Source: Gemmatimonadota bacterium | GTDB taxonomy: Bacteria; Gemmatimonadota; Gemmatimonadetes; Palauibacterales; Palauibacteraceae | Length of the DNA: 64,000 bases | Direction: 5' to 3' | Assembly: GCA_965116475.1 (NCBI GenBank) | Contig: OZ220691.1 | Coordinates: 96,001 to 160,000 of the forward strand | In this document: positions 24,401 to 32,627 of the stretch, in pieces | Layout: every line of letters starts with the position of its first letter | How positions within the stretch are numbered: the first letter of the stretch is position 1 | Program-made: the position numbers and the translations under genes | Notes under the pieces: generated by a model | The model's database searches: none | Seen by the model: the letters and a program-made list of their open reading frames with translations, nothing else | What the model was told of the DNA's origin: nothing

Positions 24401-24816
24401 TCCCACGTGAGCCCGCCGTCGACGGACTTGTAGATGCCGCCTCCGGGCGAGATCGAGTTGCGCGAGTCTTCCTCGCCGGTCCCGGCCCACACGATGTCCG
24501 GGTTGCTCGGCGCGATCGCCATGTCGCCCATCGAGACGACCCGCTCGTTGTCGAAGACGGGGCGGTAGGTCGTCCCGTTGTTCGTCGTCTTCCAGATCCC
24601 GCTCGACGCGCCCGCGATGAAGAAGGTCCCGGTGCCGGGAATCCCTTCGATGTCGGTGACCCGCCCGGCCATGTTCGCCGGGCCGATGGAACGCCATTCC
24701 ATCTCGGCCATGAAATCCTCATCGGCCACGGCCTCCTGGGCGGCCGCCGGGGCCGGGAGGAGGGTCGGGAGGAGGGCCGTCGCGAAGAGGACGGGGAGAA
24801 ACGCACGCTTCAGCAT
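21427..24816 (-). CDS. Secreted VPS10/sortilin-like BNR-repeat beta-propeller protein
   Basis: WRSIGPANMAGRV, repeated Asp-boxes (KTTNNG, KSVDGG, RTKDGG, KSTDAG, RSADGG) and GGLQDN. Signal peptide after ATG 24816; Glu/Ala/Gly-rich C-terminal inserts. Confidence 0.85.
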   Translation of the reverse strand: MLKRAFLPVLFATALLPTLLPAPAAAQEAVADEDFMAEMEWRSIGPANMAGRVTDIEGIPGTGTFFIAGASSGIWKTTNNGTTYRPVFDNERVVSMGDMAIAPSNPDIVWAGTGEEDSRNSISPGGGIYKSVDGGLTWELKGLEDTQAIGRIVVHPTKADWVYVAALGHPWGDNEERGLYRTKDGGDTWERINFVSDKAGFVDVDMHPRNPDILWATSWERVRGPYFFNSGGPGSAIWKSTDAGDTWEKVEGNGLPETMLGRLEIEIAPSYPQVMYAMVEAEAPEEADENGDRHASGLYRSADGGETWEFMNSNNSRPFYYSGVWVSPDDPDFIYWSSLFFSRDGGRTVGNPAQGVHVDYHALWWDPTNPDHFILGNDGGIAITWDRGGNFEFPNRIPMGQFYAVSYNMDTPYRVCGGLQDNYTWCGPSARAGGSIDNHMWYSIGGGDGFYAPQDPTNPDIVFGESQQGRIYWRNTRTGERHQLQHPDWRERTQTLRDSIAILTGDDPDNPPAGNVAQIEELQALVAQDSALYDMRFNWNTPLELSPHDPQTLYIGANRVLKWTYDTDEMTPISDDLTYADPEKIEIAYNTTGGITPDVTGAENFATIVSLAESKLNEGELYAGTDDGRVWRTPEGAEWIELTDRFDGVPEGTYVSRIEASSHDPNRFYVTFDNHRRDDYTPYVYVTDDAGETFRSISSNLPTGAPDFVQVIREDPVNPDLLFVGTDVGAYVSTDRGGSWSRFMNGLPTVPVHDLKIHPRESEIIAGTHGRSIFVADISLLQQLDGGRVPEAVTVFQPKTAIQFGDPPVGGEFVAQSNFQADAGDYGAQISYYVPEDVAEALAEAAEEEAAAGEAEAEEEEEAEEEAAGAAAAGRAVAMPAGTAGRTFTVSGIVAARGGNRPQASIAILNAAGDTVQTLNGSAAAGVQRVRWTFNRRSAPREPSPADRLDSLRTARLYETVGDSLVEHEGVARETMDQVLDMMQGGNQGAIIRMFTGGGGGGGGGAADWQERPAERYPPPGQAGRGGGRGGGRTAAMAAAAAARSGADPAAMREVFQQVGEAVRDRGGMSTFRRFFAGGGGGGGLADPGSYTVAITIGDETHTVPLEVVRKEGFGFWDEPDGENDRRNP

Positions 24817-24989
24817 GATTCGCGGCTCCTGGCTGTGGTGGTGCTCGTGGGCGCAGTGGCGCCTGATCGGCGCTTTGTCGGTGCCTTGTCGGCGCAAGTG
24901 AGTAGACACCCGCGCGCGGCTTGGCGTTTGAGGAAGCGCCACACCGCGCGGCAAGCGCCAGGCCTGAAGTGCAGCGGGTCGAAGGGTTA

Positions 24990-25073
24990 TGCCGGAGGAG
25001 GGACTCGAACCCTCAAGGGATTGCTCCCACCGGATTTTGAGTCCGGCGCGTCTGCCAGTTCCGCCACTCCGGC
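24990..25073 (-). tRNA. tRNA-Leu (CAA)
   Basis: Reverse complement GCCGGAGTGGCGGAACTGGCAGACGCGCCGGACTCAAAATCCGG...GGTTCGAGTCCCTCCTCCGGCA. Anticodon CAA, long variable arm, CCA not encoded. Confidence 0.96.
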
Positions 25074-25117
25074 GCGCGAGCGCGGCCCTCAGATCTACAA
25101 CGGCGGGCCGCGCGCGG

Positions 25118-26401
25118 CTATTGCATCTCGTCGAGCGCCTGGTACACCAGCGTGCGCAGCTTCGCGTGATCGTCCACGCCGGCCGTCGGGATGAGCTGCG
25201 TGAAGTAGACGACGACGAGATCCTCGGCGGGGTCCACCCAGTAGGTGGAGTGGTACGCTCCACCCCACCCGTACTCGCCCACCGAGCCGGGGGTTCCGCG
25301 CGCCCCGAGATCGGCCAGCACGCTGAACCCGAGGCCGAAGCCGACCCCGCCGTCCCAGTTGAACCGGTCCCCCACGTGGTTGACCGTCATGAGGTCGACG
25401 CTCTTGCTCGACAGGATGCGGGCGCCGTCGAGTTCGCCGCCGTTCAGCATCATCTGGAGGAAGCGGGCGTAGTCGTGCGCCGTGGAGAGGAGCCCGGCGC
25501 CGCCGGAGAAGCTCGTTCGCGGGCCGTCGACGTAGGCGCCCTGGCCGACCATGCCGCCCGGATCGGGCGCCGGCTCGAGTCCGCCCCCGGAAGCCGAGTA
25601 CACGACGCTGAGCCGGTCGCGCTTCTCCTCGGGCAGGTAGAAGTGCGTGTCCACCATGCCCAGCGGCTCGAAGATCCGCGCGCGGAGAAAGCCGGCCAGC
25701 GGCTCGCCCGACACCTCCTCGACGAGGGCGCCGAGGATGTCCGTCGCGTAGCCGTACACGAAGCGTTCGCCCGGCTGCGCGTCCATGGGGAGGGCGGCCA
25801 TGCGCCGCACGGTCTCCCGGACCGGCTCGTCGCGGTGCGCGAAGTACCAGCCCTGAATGCCGGCCTCCTCCCACAGTTCCGCCGCCGCGCCGCCCCCGTA
25901 GCCGATGCCGGCCGTGTGCGTGAGCAGGTCCCGGATCGTGATCGGCCGGTTCGCGGGCACGATGTCGTATCCGCCCGCTCCGTCGGGGACGGCGACCGTC
26001 GTCTCCATGTACTCGGGAAGATAGCGGCCGAGCGGGTCGGAGATGAGGAGTCCTCCCTCTTCCTGGAGGATCATGACGCCGACGCTCACGATCGCCTTCG
26101 TCTGCGAGGCGATGCGGAAGATGTCGTCCGTCTCCATGGGATCGCCGGCCGCGACGTCGCGGTGGCCGACCGCCTCGAGATAGGAGACCTCGCCCCCGCG
26201 CGCGACGAGCGCGACGGCGCCGGCCAGTTCTCCCTCCGTCACGTAGGATTCCAGGGCGCCGCTGAGCCGCTCCAGCCGACCCGCATCCGCGTCCGACTCG
26301 GCCGCCGTCGACGACCCCGGGGCACGGGCAACGGCGAGCGCCCCTCCGACCACGAGCACCGGGAGCACGCCCCACAGGAGGCGCCTGGGCATTCTGTTCA
26401 T
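25118..26401 (-). CDS. Serine hydrolase, beta-lactamase class C/esterase family, exported
   Basis: IASQTKA (SxxK), [22 protein letters not shown] and YGWGGAY motifs; signal peptide. Confidence 0.9.
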   Translation of the reverse strand: MNRMPRRLLWGVLPVLVVGGALAVARAPGSSTAAESDADAGRLERLSGALESYVTEGELAGAVALVARGGEVSYLEAVGHRDVAAGDPMETDDIFRIASQTKAIVSVGVMILQEEGGLLISDPLGRYLPEYMETTVAVPDGAGGYDIVPANRPITIRDLLTHTAGIGYGGGAAAELWEEAGIQGWYFAHRDEPVRETVRRMAALPMDAQPGERFVYGYATDILGALVEEVSGEPLAGFLRARIFEPLGMVDTHFYLPEEKRDRLSVVYSASGGGLEPAPDPGGMVGQGAYVDGPRTSFSGGAGLLSTAHDYARFLQMMLNGGELDGARILSSKSVDLMTVNHVGDRFNWDGGVGFGLGFSVLADLGARGTPGSVGEYGWGGAYHSTYWVDPAEDLVVVYFTQLIPTAGVDDHAKLRTLVYQALDEMQ

Positions 26402-26518
26402 CCTTCGACTCTCCAGCTTCTCATTCCCTCTTGAAAACGATCGGTCACGCCCCCCTTGATCTTGCCAATTCGAATCGCCTGACACCAGTTAACCGCCGTA
26501 GCACCCCTCCCCACCGTC

Positions 26519-28159
26519 CTAACCACCTGGACCATGGCGTCTCTGCCATTCGAACTCGTCGAGTCCGATCCGAGATAGGTTCCTTGCAACTCGATGTGCA
26601 AGGCGCTGCGCAAACGACGTCTTGAGATCGCCAACCCAAATGAACTGTTCCCCCGATTCGCTCTCAAACATCCAGACACCACCGTCAGCCTCGCTCACCA
26701 CTGTACGCGTAGCTAGGTCAGGTCGAAAAGAAATTGTCGTGATGTGAGAAGGTTTGGCGCTTACCTTCAGGCAGATCTCATCGCCAGCTGTATCCCTCGT
26801 TACTATGTCGAAAATAGAGGTGTCGCGAGACAGCGGTACAAAAAGGAACTGCGTGAGCTCTGTTAAACGGACAGCGTCACAAGCCGGCTGGATGCATATC
26901 AGGTATTCCCCTCCCCGCTGAACAATGCTCCCGAGGCCAAGTTTCGCTCGATAACTTGGCGCAACAGAACGCGGTTCGCGAGCATGCGCACTGACACGAG
27001 CAAACTCCCGATGCGCAGCGACACCGCGCTCCAGGTCGTCGCTCAAGAGCAAGTACAATCGCTTATGGAGCTTCTTTTGTGACTCCGCTCCACTCGCGAC
27101 ATCGGGAATCGCCGCAAGGCCTAATGGGCCTTCGTCGATCAGGTTCATGATATCGGACACAGACACGATCCTAGAACCCTCTTCTGAATCTGTCCGGGTC
27201 ATGAGTCGGAACTCTACCCCCTCGCCTTCACGCTCGTTAAGCGCTGCCTGAAGGGCATCGCGACCGGCGTAAGCTGAGCCAATCATCTGCCCGTCCAGTA
27301 CCGCTAAGAACTCGGAAGCTACAAGATCGACTGCATAATCTTCGGCATCCTCCGGCCACTCGAGCAAAAGCCGATGGGTCACGTACGGGCCGTCAAGTTC
27401 ACGGTGAAACCGGGCGAGCATTCGGTGCGTATCGTCTCGGATCGCGGCGACGCACGCAAGAGCCACGTTTCCGAGGAGTCCCTTTCCGATTTCGACGAAT
27501 TCGTCGATCAACCGATCAGCCAAATCCCGCTCTTCAATCCCGCCGCTGATAGCCGAACTGCGTCCCTTACGGATGAACAGTATCCTTGTCTGGTCTTTTG
27601 CCAAAGCGAGCACGTTGCCGGGTCGTTCCAGCTGACTAAACCCGTCCAGATCATCGTTCACTGAAGCAGAGATGGTGTTTAGATTTGGCTCAGCTGTGTA
27701 GACGACAACTAATCGCAGCCTCCCACCCACCTTCGCATCGTCTTCAATGAGATCGGAAATGATACTTGTCGCTCGGTCTCCTTCGTCTCCAAGCTGCCAA
27801 TCAAGAATCACGATGTCAGCTCGCCGCGACGCACGTAGTGTCTCGGTCGTAGCGTCTTCCGCCGCGTTCGGCGCTAGTACTGTGCAGACCACACCGCGCG
27901 CCGCGAAACTCGTCATGAGGGTCCTCGCATCTAACGGGCCACCTGTGGGCCCCAACTCACCCCCCGTGACCGGATCCGCCATGTCATCTCCGCTGTCGAC
28001 AGCATCCACGGCCTCACCGACAGGCTCCTGTACGGTAGTGGGTTCGTCCGGGCGACCCATGACTGCGCGATCATCCAGTACGACCACGGTTTGAAGAAAC
28101 CGCTCCACTACCGTCCGAGACAGATCTCCAAACGCTGGGAGCGATGCGGAGTGACTCAA
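26519..28159 (-). CDS. Response-regulator receiver domain protein with uncharacterised C-terminal domain
   Basis: Receiver residues are present: VVVLDD, ADIVILDW (phospho-Asp), VVVYT and FIRK. No HTH. C-terminal GSIV...YLICIQPACD...RIGLDEFEW. TTG start 2 nt after the kinase stop. Confidence 0.8.
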   Translation of the reverse strand: MSHSASLPAFGDLSRTVVERFLQTVVVLDDRAVMGRPDEPTTVQEPVGEAVDAVDSGDDMADPVTGGELGPTGGPLDARTLMTSFAARGVVCTVLAPNAAEDATTETLRASRRADIVILDWQLGDEGDRATSIISDLIEDDAKVGGRLRLVVVYTAEPNLNTISASVNDDLDGFSQLERPGNVLALAKDQTRILFIRKGRSSAISGGIEERDLADRLIDEFVEIGKGLLGNVALACVAAIRDDTHRMLARFHRELDGPYVTHRLLLEWPEDAEDYAVDLVASEFLAVLDGQMIGSAYAGRDALQAALNEREGEGVEFRLMTRTDSEEGSRIVSVSDIMNLIDEGPLGLAAIPDVASGAESQKKLHKRLYLLLSDDLERGVAAHREFARVSAHAREPRSVAPSYRAKLGLGSIVQRGGEYLICIQPACDAVRLTELTQFLFVPLSRDTSIFDIVTRDTAGDEICLKVSAKPSHITTISFRPDLATRTVVSEADGGVWMFESESGEQFIWVGDLKTSFAQRLAHRVARNLSRIGLDEFEWQRRHGPGG

Positions 28160-28161
28160 GG

Positions 28162-31158
28162 CTATCCATCCTTCCGCCGCGGCCCTCGCGGCTGTTCTGC
28201 TTCCGAATCTTCTTTCGTGGGAGAGATGCGGAATTGCGCTCCTTCCCCCTCAACGAAGCGGTCCAGCTTCAGCTCGTAACCGATTTCCTTCAGTATCTGC
28301 CTCGAAATGTACAAGCCCATGCCGCGGCCGCCCGGGCGTCTTGTGAACCCCATTTCAAATACGGACGCCGCATCTCGCGGAGGTATCCCCGGCCCGCTAT
28401 CACCCACGAGAAACGCACCACCAGTCGCATCCAGTTCAATTACCCGCTCACGCCCCCGATCTCGACTCGACACCCAGAAAATCGCGTTATCCACGAGGTT
28501 CACAAAACAAGGATAGAAGGAGGAGGGGAATCCAACGATCTCTGCCTCGCGAAACGCATCGGTAGCCGACAACTCAACTTCATGACGCTTTAGGCGTTGC
28601 CCAAAGAGGTCCATAAGAAAATGATACACGTCGCTACCTCGAATCCGGACGCGACGACGTTGCAGTCGTCGATCCAGCGGCGTGAAGAGGGTGAGATATC
28701 CATCGAGATGGTCGAAGTTCGCTCGAATGTCCCGATAAACTATACTCAACTTTTCGTTAGCGTCGGACCACGGCTTAAGGAGTCTCAAATTCGTTCTTAT
28801 GCCCTGGATGGCGCTCGCAAATTCATGATGTACGATACCAAGAGCCATCCCTACCTGCGCCAACTGGAGTCCTGCACTCTCCCTCTCACGTAGAGCTTCC
28901 AATTCCTCCTCCAGAGCGTCCGTCACTTCCGGCAGCTCGAGACCCTCCTGCGTTCCGAGGAGCCTGACGTGCTCTCGTAGGCTCTCCAGGTTCGCCGTCT
29001 CGACATCTCCGACTTCGGCGATTCGCCGTTCCAACTGAGTGCGCACGCTGTCGAAGTCCGCCGCTGCCAGCGAACTCGTATCGGTCCTCTCGAAATCACT
29101 CAACGTCTCGCGGATGGCATTGTGCACAGCCGCCAACCGATCTCGAGTCTCGGACACCACACGCCCCTGGGCTTCCCGTAGTTCGGCCCGCGTGTCACGG
29201 CCGAGGAACGTCGCCCTGTCCAACTGTGCGTCGCTTGCATCCGAAAGGACTCGGCTCAGGCGTCGGCGGTAATCGATATCCGCGCGCAATCGCGTCGTCT
29301 GTCTTGAAACGATGGCGGCAAGTTCCACCGCAGCTGGCTCCCAGACTTTCGTCGTAAGTCGACTTCGTTCGAGCCTGTACGCTTCCCAGTCCGATTGCAT
29401 TCTACGTGTTAGACCAAATCCCCGCGGCCGCGACACCCAATATTCCTCTTGAATCGCGAGCAAGGCCGAATGAGATTCACTCTCAAGATCTAACATGTGT
29501 TGAGCCAGATCTTCACGACCTTCATGCACAGCAAGTCCGTCGAATCGATTCCTCGCCTCCTCCAGAAGCTGCGCAGTGGCGGCCTCAGGCTCACGAGCGT
29601 TAACCGATTCAAAGAAGGCGTCAAGATCTCTTCCAAACTTCGCGCGGCGGACGCGCACCTGTTTCTCACGCCGCCGACGGAGACGCTCGTTCCGCTCCAG
29701 GTCGTCACGCGTTGTTAGGAAGTCCTCGGCATGCAACCCTCCCACGCGAAAGAACTCTCCCGCCAGCTGTACAAAAAAATGCTCCAGAAGGCGCTTCAAC
29801 TGGCGATAGGCAAGGTTTTCGCGAAATCCCTCGCGGCCGGCCTTTTCAACCAGATTTGGGTTTTCCTCGCGGGTGATGTCGATCACACCAAAGATTCGCC
29901 GATAGGAAAAGTAGTAATACGATGCGCTTTTTGTGCGTCGTTGCTCGATATTCAGGAAATCATAATCTGAATTACCGTATGGGAGTATCCGGATGCCGTC
30001 ACGATAAATGTATAGGCCGCCGATGCGATTGAGCTTCGCCTTAAGCCGAGCGTGATCTTCCGGGGGCATTCTCGTGACTCGAGGCTGGCCTTGAACGTAA
30101 GCGAAATTGATCTTCAGCGGCCCACAGCGAAGCCGCCTGCCCCGCGCTTCTGGCCACGGCAGAAGATACTCGACGGGATCTCTCCCATACACTTGGACCG
30201 TCCCCCGAAACTGGCCGAAATCATCGAAGGATCCAGACACGTGATGATCAGCTTTCTCAAACTCCTCCGGCGTAAAGAAGGCCGATCCCGCGATCCGTTC
30301 GTATATTGTTCCGTCCAACGCGTGATCGCGGAAACGTGCCTGAATTGCCTGAGTTCGGCGTCCAGAGGCCATGGTGTTAGTGAAGCCAATTAGAACCTTG
30401 ATGAGTGCTGGAGCGATATCGCTATTTGGGGACCCATCGATATCCTCGGGTAAGGTCTCCTCCGTCGGCAAGATGATGAAGTGGGTCCCACAACCTTCGT
30501 CGATCAGTGTGGGACCCCGTGGCAGCGTCGGATATAGCCCACGCGGGTCAAGGTCGAGATGAGCAAGCTCGGCCAGTATCGGCGTAAGGTGGGACTCAGG
30601 AAGATCGCGAGCCAGGGTAACTACGTTGCTATGTACTTCAGCGACCAGTTCGGCAACTAGAGCACGAGATGGCAGAGTGCCTCCCGGTAGCGCGCGTATA
30701 GGTATGTGGATGTCACTCAGATCTACGCCGGGAAGACGGAAAACACCCCAGTTGATGAAGGCTACTACGAGTTCATCCGGCTCGGCTTTGGAACGTGTAA
30801 GGACAAGGACTTGTGGTCCGATTGCAGCTATGGCGAGACGACCAATGCCCTTCTCGCCCATGATTGGCCGCAGGTCCTGGTCGGGGTCTGAGGGAGGCGG
30901 GTTCAAGCCGAATCCCGCGGCTAACTTACTCTCGGTCCCAAGAGTAAGCCATCGGTCGACAAAGTCCTGGTAAGACATGCCGATCCCATCGTCTCGAAGG
31001 ACGAAGAGACCGGAGCTCCGAAAGAAATCAACTTCGACCCGATGGGCATAGGCATCATGGGCGTTCTTGAAGAGCTCGCTGATCGCGGTTGGCACACCAG
31101 CGATCTGCTGTCTACCCAGCATGTCAAGAGCACGAGCACGAACGCGAATGCCTGGCAT
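28162..31158 (-). CDS. MORC/GHKL ATPase - coiled coil - histidine kinase fusion
   Basis: N-terminal GHKL (ISELFKNAHDA, DDGIGM, GEKGIGR) and S5-like region (GLYIYRDGIRILPYG...EKAGREGF). Long coiled coil, H-box IVHHEF, N-box NLVDNA, G1 DSGPGI, and F/G2 FEMGFTRRPGGRGMGLYI. Confidence 0.88.
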   Translation of the reverse strand: MPGIRVRARALDMLGRQQIAGVPTAISELFKNAHDAYAHRVEVDFFRSSGLFVLRDDGIGMSYQDFVDRWLTLGTESKLAAGFGLNPPPSDPDQDLRPIMGEKGIGRLAIAAIGPQVLVLTRSKAEPDELVVAFINWGVFRLPGVDLSDIHIPIRALPGGTLPSRALVAELVAEVHSNVVTLARDLPESHLTPILAELAHLDLDPRGLYPTLPRGPTLIDEGCGTHFIILPTEETLPEDIDGSPNSDIAPALIKVLIGFTNTMASGRRTQAIQARFRDHALDGTIYERIAGSAFFTPEEFEKADHHVSGSFDDFGQFRGTVQVYGRDPVEYLLPWPEARGRRLRCGPLKINFAYVQGQPRVTRMPPEDHARLKAKLNRIGGLYIYRDGIRILPYGNSDYDFLNIEQRRTKSASYYYFSYRRIFGVIDITREENPNLVEKAGREGFRENLAYRQLKRLLEHFFVQLAGEFFRVGGLHAEDFLTTRDDLERNERLRRRREKQVRVRRAKFGRDLDAFFESVNAREPEAATAQLLEEARNRFDGLAVHEGREDLAQHMLDLESESHSALLAIQEEYWVSRPRGFGLTRRMQSDWEAYRLERSRLTTKVWEPAAVELAAIVSRQTTRLRADIDYRRRLSRVLSDASDAQLDRATFLGRDTRAELREAQGRVVSETRDRLAAVHNAIRETLSDFERTDTSSLAAADFDSVRTQLERRIAEVGDVETANLESLREHVRLLGTQEGLELPEVTDALEEELEALRERESAGLQLAQVGMALGIVHHEFASAIQGIRTNLRLLKPWSDANEKLSIVYRDIRANFDHLDGYLTLFTPLDRRLQRRRVRIRGSDVYHFLMDLFGQRLKRHEVELSATDAFREAEIVGFPSSFYPCFVNLVDNAIFWVSSRDRGRERVIELDATGGAFLVGDSGPGIPPRDAASVFEMGFTRRPGGRGMGLYISRQILKEIGYELKLDRFVEGEGAQFRISPTKEDSEAEQPRGPRRKDG

Positions 31159-32235
31159 TCAGCCGTCGGCTTGCTTGGCAAAGGAGTCGAAATGAGCTCG
31201 GATCGCCTCGCCGAACCGGCGCGCCAACAGCACTGGCACGGCGTTCCCAACCTGTGTGGCCATGGAAGCAAAGCTGCCCCTAAACACAAAATCCCGCGGA
31301 AACGTTTGTAAACAGGCAGCCTCTCGTACGCTCAGGGCGCGGTTCTGGATGGGATGGCCGAACCGTCCGTTAGAAAGACTGACGCAGCGGGTGGTAAGGG
31401 TGCTGGCTGGGCGGTGTTTACTCAAGCGACCGTAGACGTCGGTATGCCCGGCGTGGCCCCGGTGGCAAGGAAGAACCAAGTCCTCTGGCCAATCTCTCCG
31501 ATCACCTCCTTCAGGAGTGCTCTCGATACGTCTGAGGTTCAACGGAGAAAGGGCTGCGGCCCGATGGTTGGGCACTTCGTCATCCCTCCCGCCCGCCGGA
31601 ATCGGAGGCAAATCGCCGATCCACTCCCATACTGTGGAGTGCGGAGCCTTACCATGATGCTCGCCGTGTGTAGGAACCGGCAGCGTGAATGGTCCGAGTT
31701 GACTGGCGGTCATCACCAAGCGACGGCGAGTCTGCGGCACTCCGTAGTCGAGAAAATCCACTACATCGTGGGCAACATCGTAGCCAAGCTCACCGAGCAG
31801 GTCGAGAAAACGGCCGATCGGCCCATCGGACGGTTCGATGCGTTGGATGCCGGGGACGTTCTCCAGGAATACGTACTCTGGGCGGAAGCGACGGACGAAC
31901 CTGTGGAGTTCGTCAAGCAGCGATGCTCGAGCGTCGGATTGTGATTTCTTGCGATTCTGTTTGGAGAAGGGCTGACACGGTGCGCAGGCCGAAAACAGGA
32001 GAGGGTGGTCCCGCTGACGGACCAGATATGGTTCCAGGTCCGATGTCGGAACTTGACGAATGTCTCGGCAGATGAAGTGAGCTTCAGGGAAGTTGGCCCG
32101 GAATGTCGTCGCCGCCTCCACGTCCATATCGATGCCCACGAGAACATCCATACCGGCCTCCCGAAGACCAGCGCTTGTTCCTCCGCAGCCGCTGAAAAAA
32201 TCTACTACCTGTGCCGGCCTTGTTGGCTCATCCAT
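31159..32235 (-). CDS. DNA (cytosine-5)-methyltransferase
   Basis: Motif I DFFSGCGG, IV APCQPFS, VI LENVPG, VIII PQTRRR, IX LSVREAACLQTFP and X QVGNAVP. The stop TGA directly abuts the kinase ATG. Confidence 0.95.
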   Translation of the reverse strand: MDEPTRPAQVVDFFSGCGGTSAGLREAGMDVLVGIDMDVEAATTFRANFPEAHFICRDIRQVPTSDLEPYLVRQRDHPLLFSACAPCQPFSKQNRKKSQSDARASLLDELHRFVRRFRPEYVFLENVPGIQRIEPSDGPIGRFLDLLGELGYDVAHDVVDFLDYGVPQTRRRLVMTASQLGPFTLPVPTHGEHHGKAPHSTVWEWIGDLPPIPAGGRDDEVPNHRAAALSPLNLRRIESTPEGGDRRDWPEDLVLPCHRGHAGHTDVYGRLSKHRPASTLTTRCVSLSNGRFGHPIQNRALSVREAACLQTFPRDFVFRGSFASMATQVGNAVPVLLARRFGEAIRAHFDSFAKQADG

Positions 32236-32455
32236 TCGGGTCACCCTCCGCATCCAACGATGGTAGGCTGAGGCGTGGCTGTGCGGCTAACGCCTCCATT
32301 GAGAGTGACCAAGAGTCGACCAACCTGGAAGGTCCACGCAGGTCTACGGTACACGTCCGGTCCCGGCGGGCGCGGATGCGTTCAATTGGTTCGGCAGCGC
32401 CCTTGCCCCTCGCCGCCGCAATCTTGTTCCGCCTCCACCGACGTCGAACGCTCAT
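32228..32455 (-). CDS. Possible 75-aa basic ORF overlapping the methyltransferase start
   Basis: GGAGGTAACCTAAGGACC-ATG at 32455; the stop overlaps the MTase ATG by 8 nt. No recognisable domain. Confidence 0.3.
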   Translation of the reverse strand: MSVRRRWRRNKIAAARGKGAAEPIERIRARRDRTCTVDLRGPSRLVDSWSLSMEALAAQPRLSLPSLDAEGDPNG

Positions 32456-32627
32456 GGTCCTTAGGTTACCTCCATCTTCCAAGACAACAGGATAGTGCGC
32501 ACCACAACTCACGGCTCCCGAGCAGCCGTGAATGGTCGACAACCCAAATCGGACGATTGGGTTCCCCGCGTTGTATGGGATCGATCCGCCCGACACCAAG
32601 AATATAGCGAACATCCGCCTCCGGGGC

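Larger units (their letters stand above)
26470..32598. mobile_element. Lower-GC horizontally acquired island carrying the dcm / MORC-HK / receiver operon
   Basis: Hand GC counts on sampled lines: 31/60 (28501-28560) and 27/60 (29881-29940) versus 46/60 in the flank (25501-25560). Imperfect direct repeat TCGAATCGCCTGACACCA (26470-26487) / TCGATCCGCCCGACACCA (32581-32598), 15/18 identical. No integrase or transposase seen. Confidence 0.65.

Noticed and set aside
24990-25073. tRNA-Leu as the integration site of the methyltransferase island
   Set aside because: The island lies on the tRNA's 5' side beyond a host-like serine hydrolase gene. I see no duplicated tRNA 3' end and no integrase.
26488-26523. 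GTTAAC...CTAAC near the island end as an integron attC site
   Set aside because: The core sites are in the wrong order (attC needs RYYYAAC...GTTRRRY), and there is no long internal palindrome.
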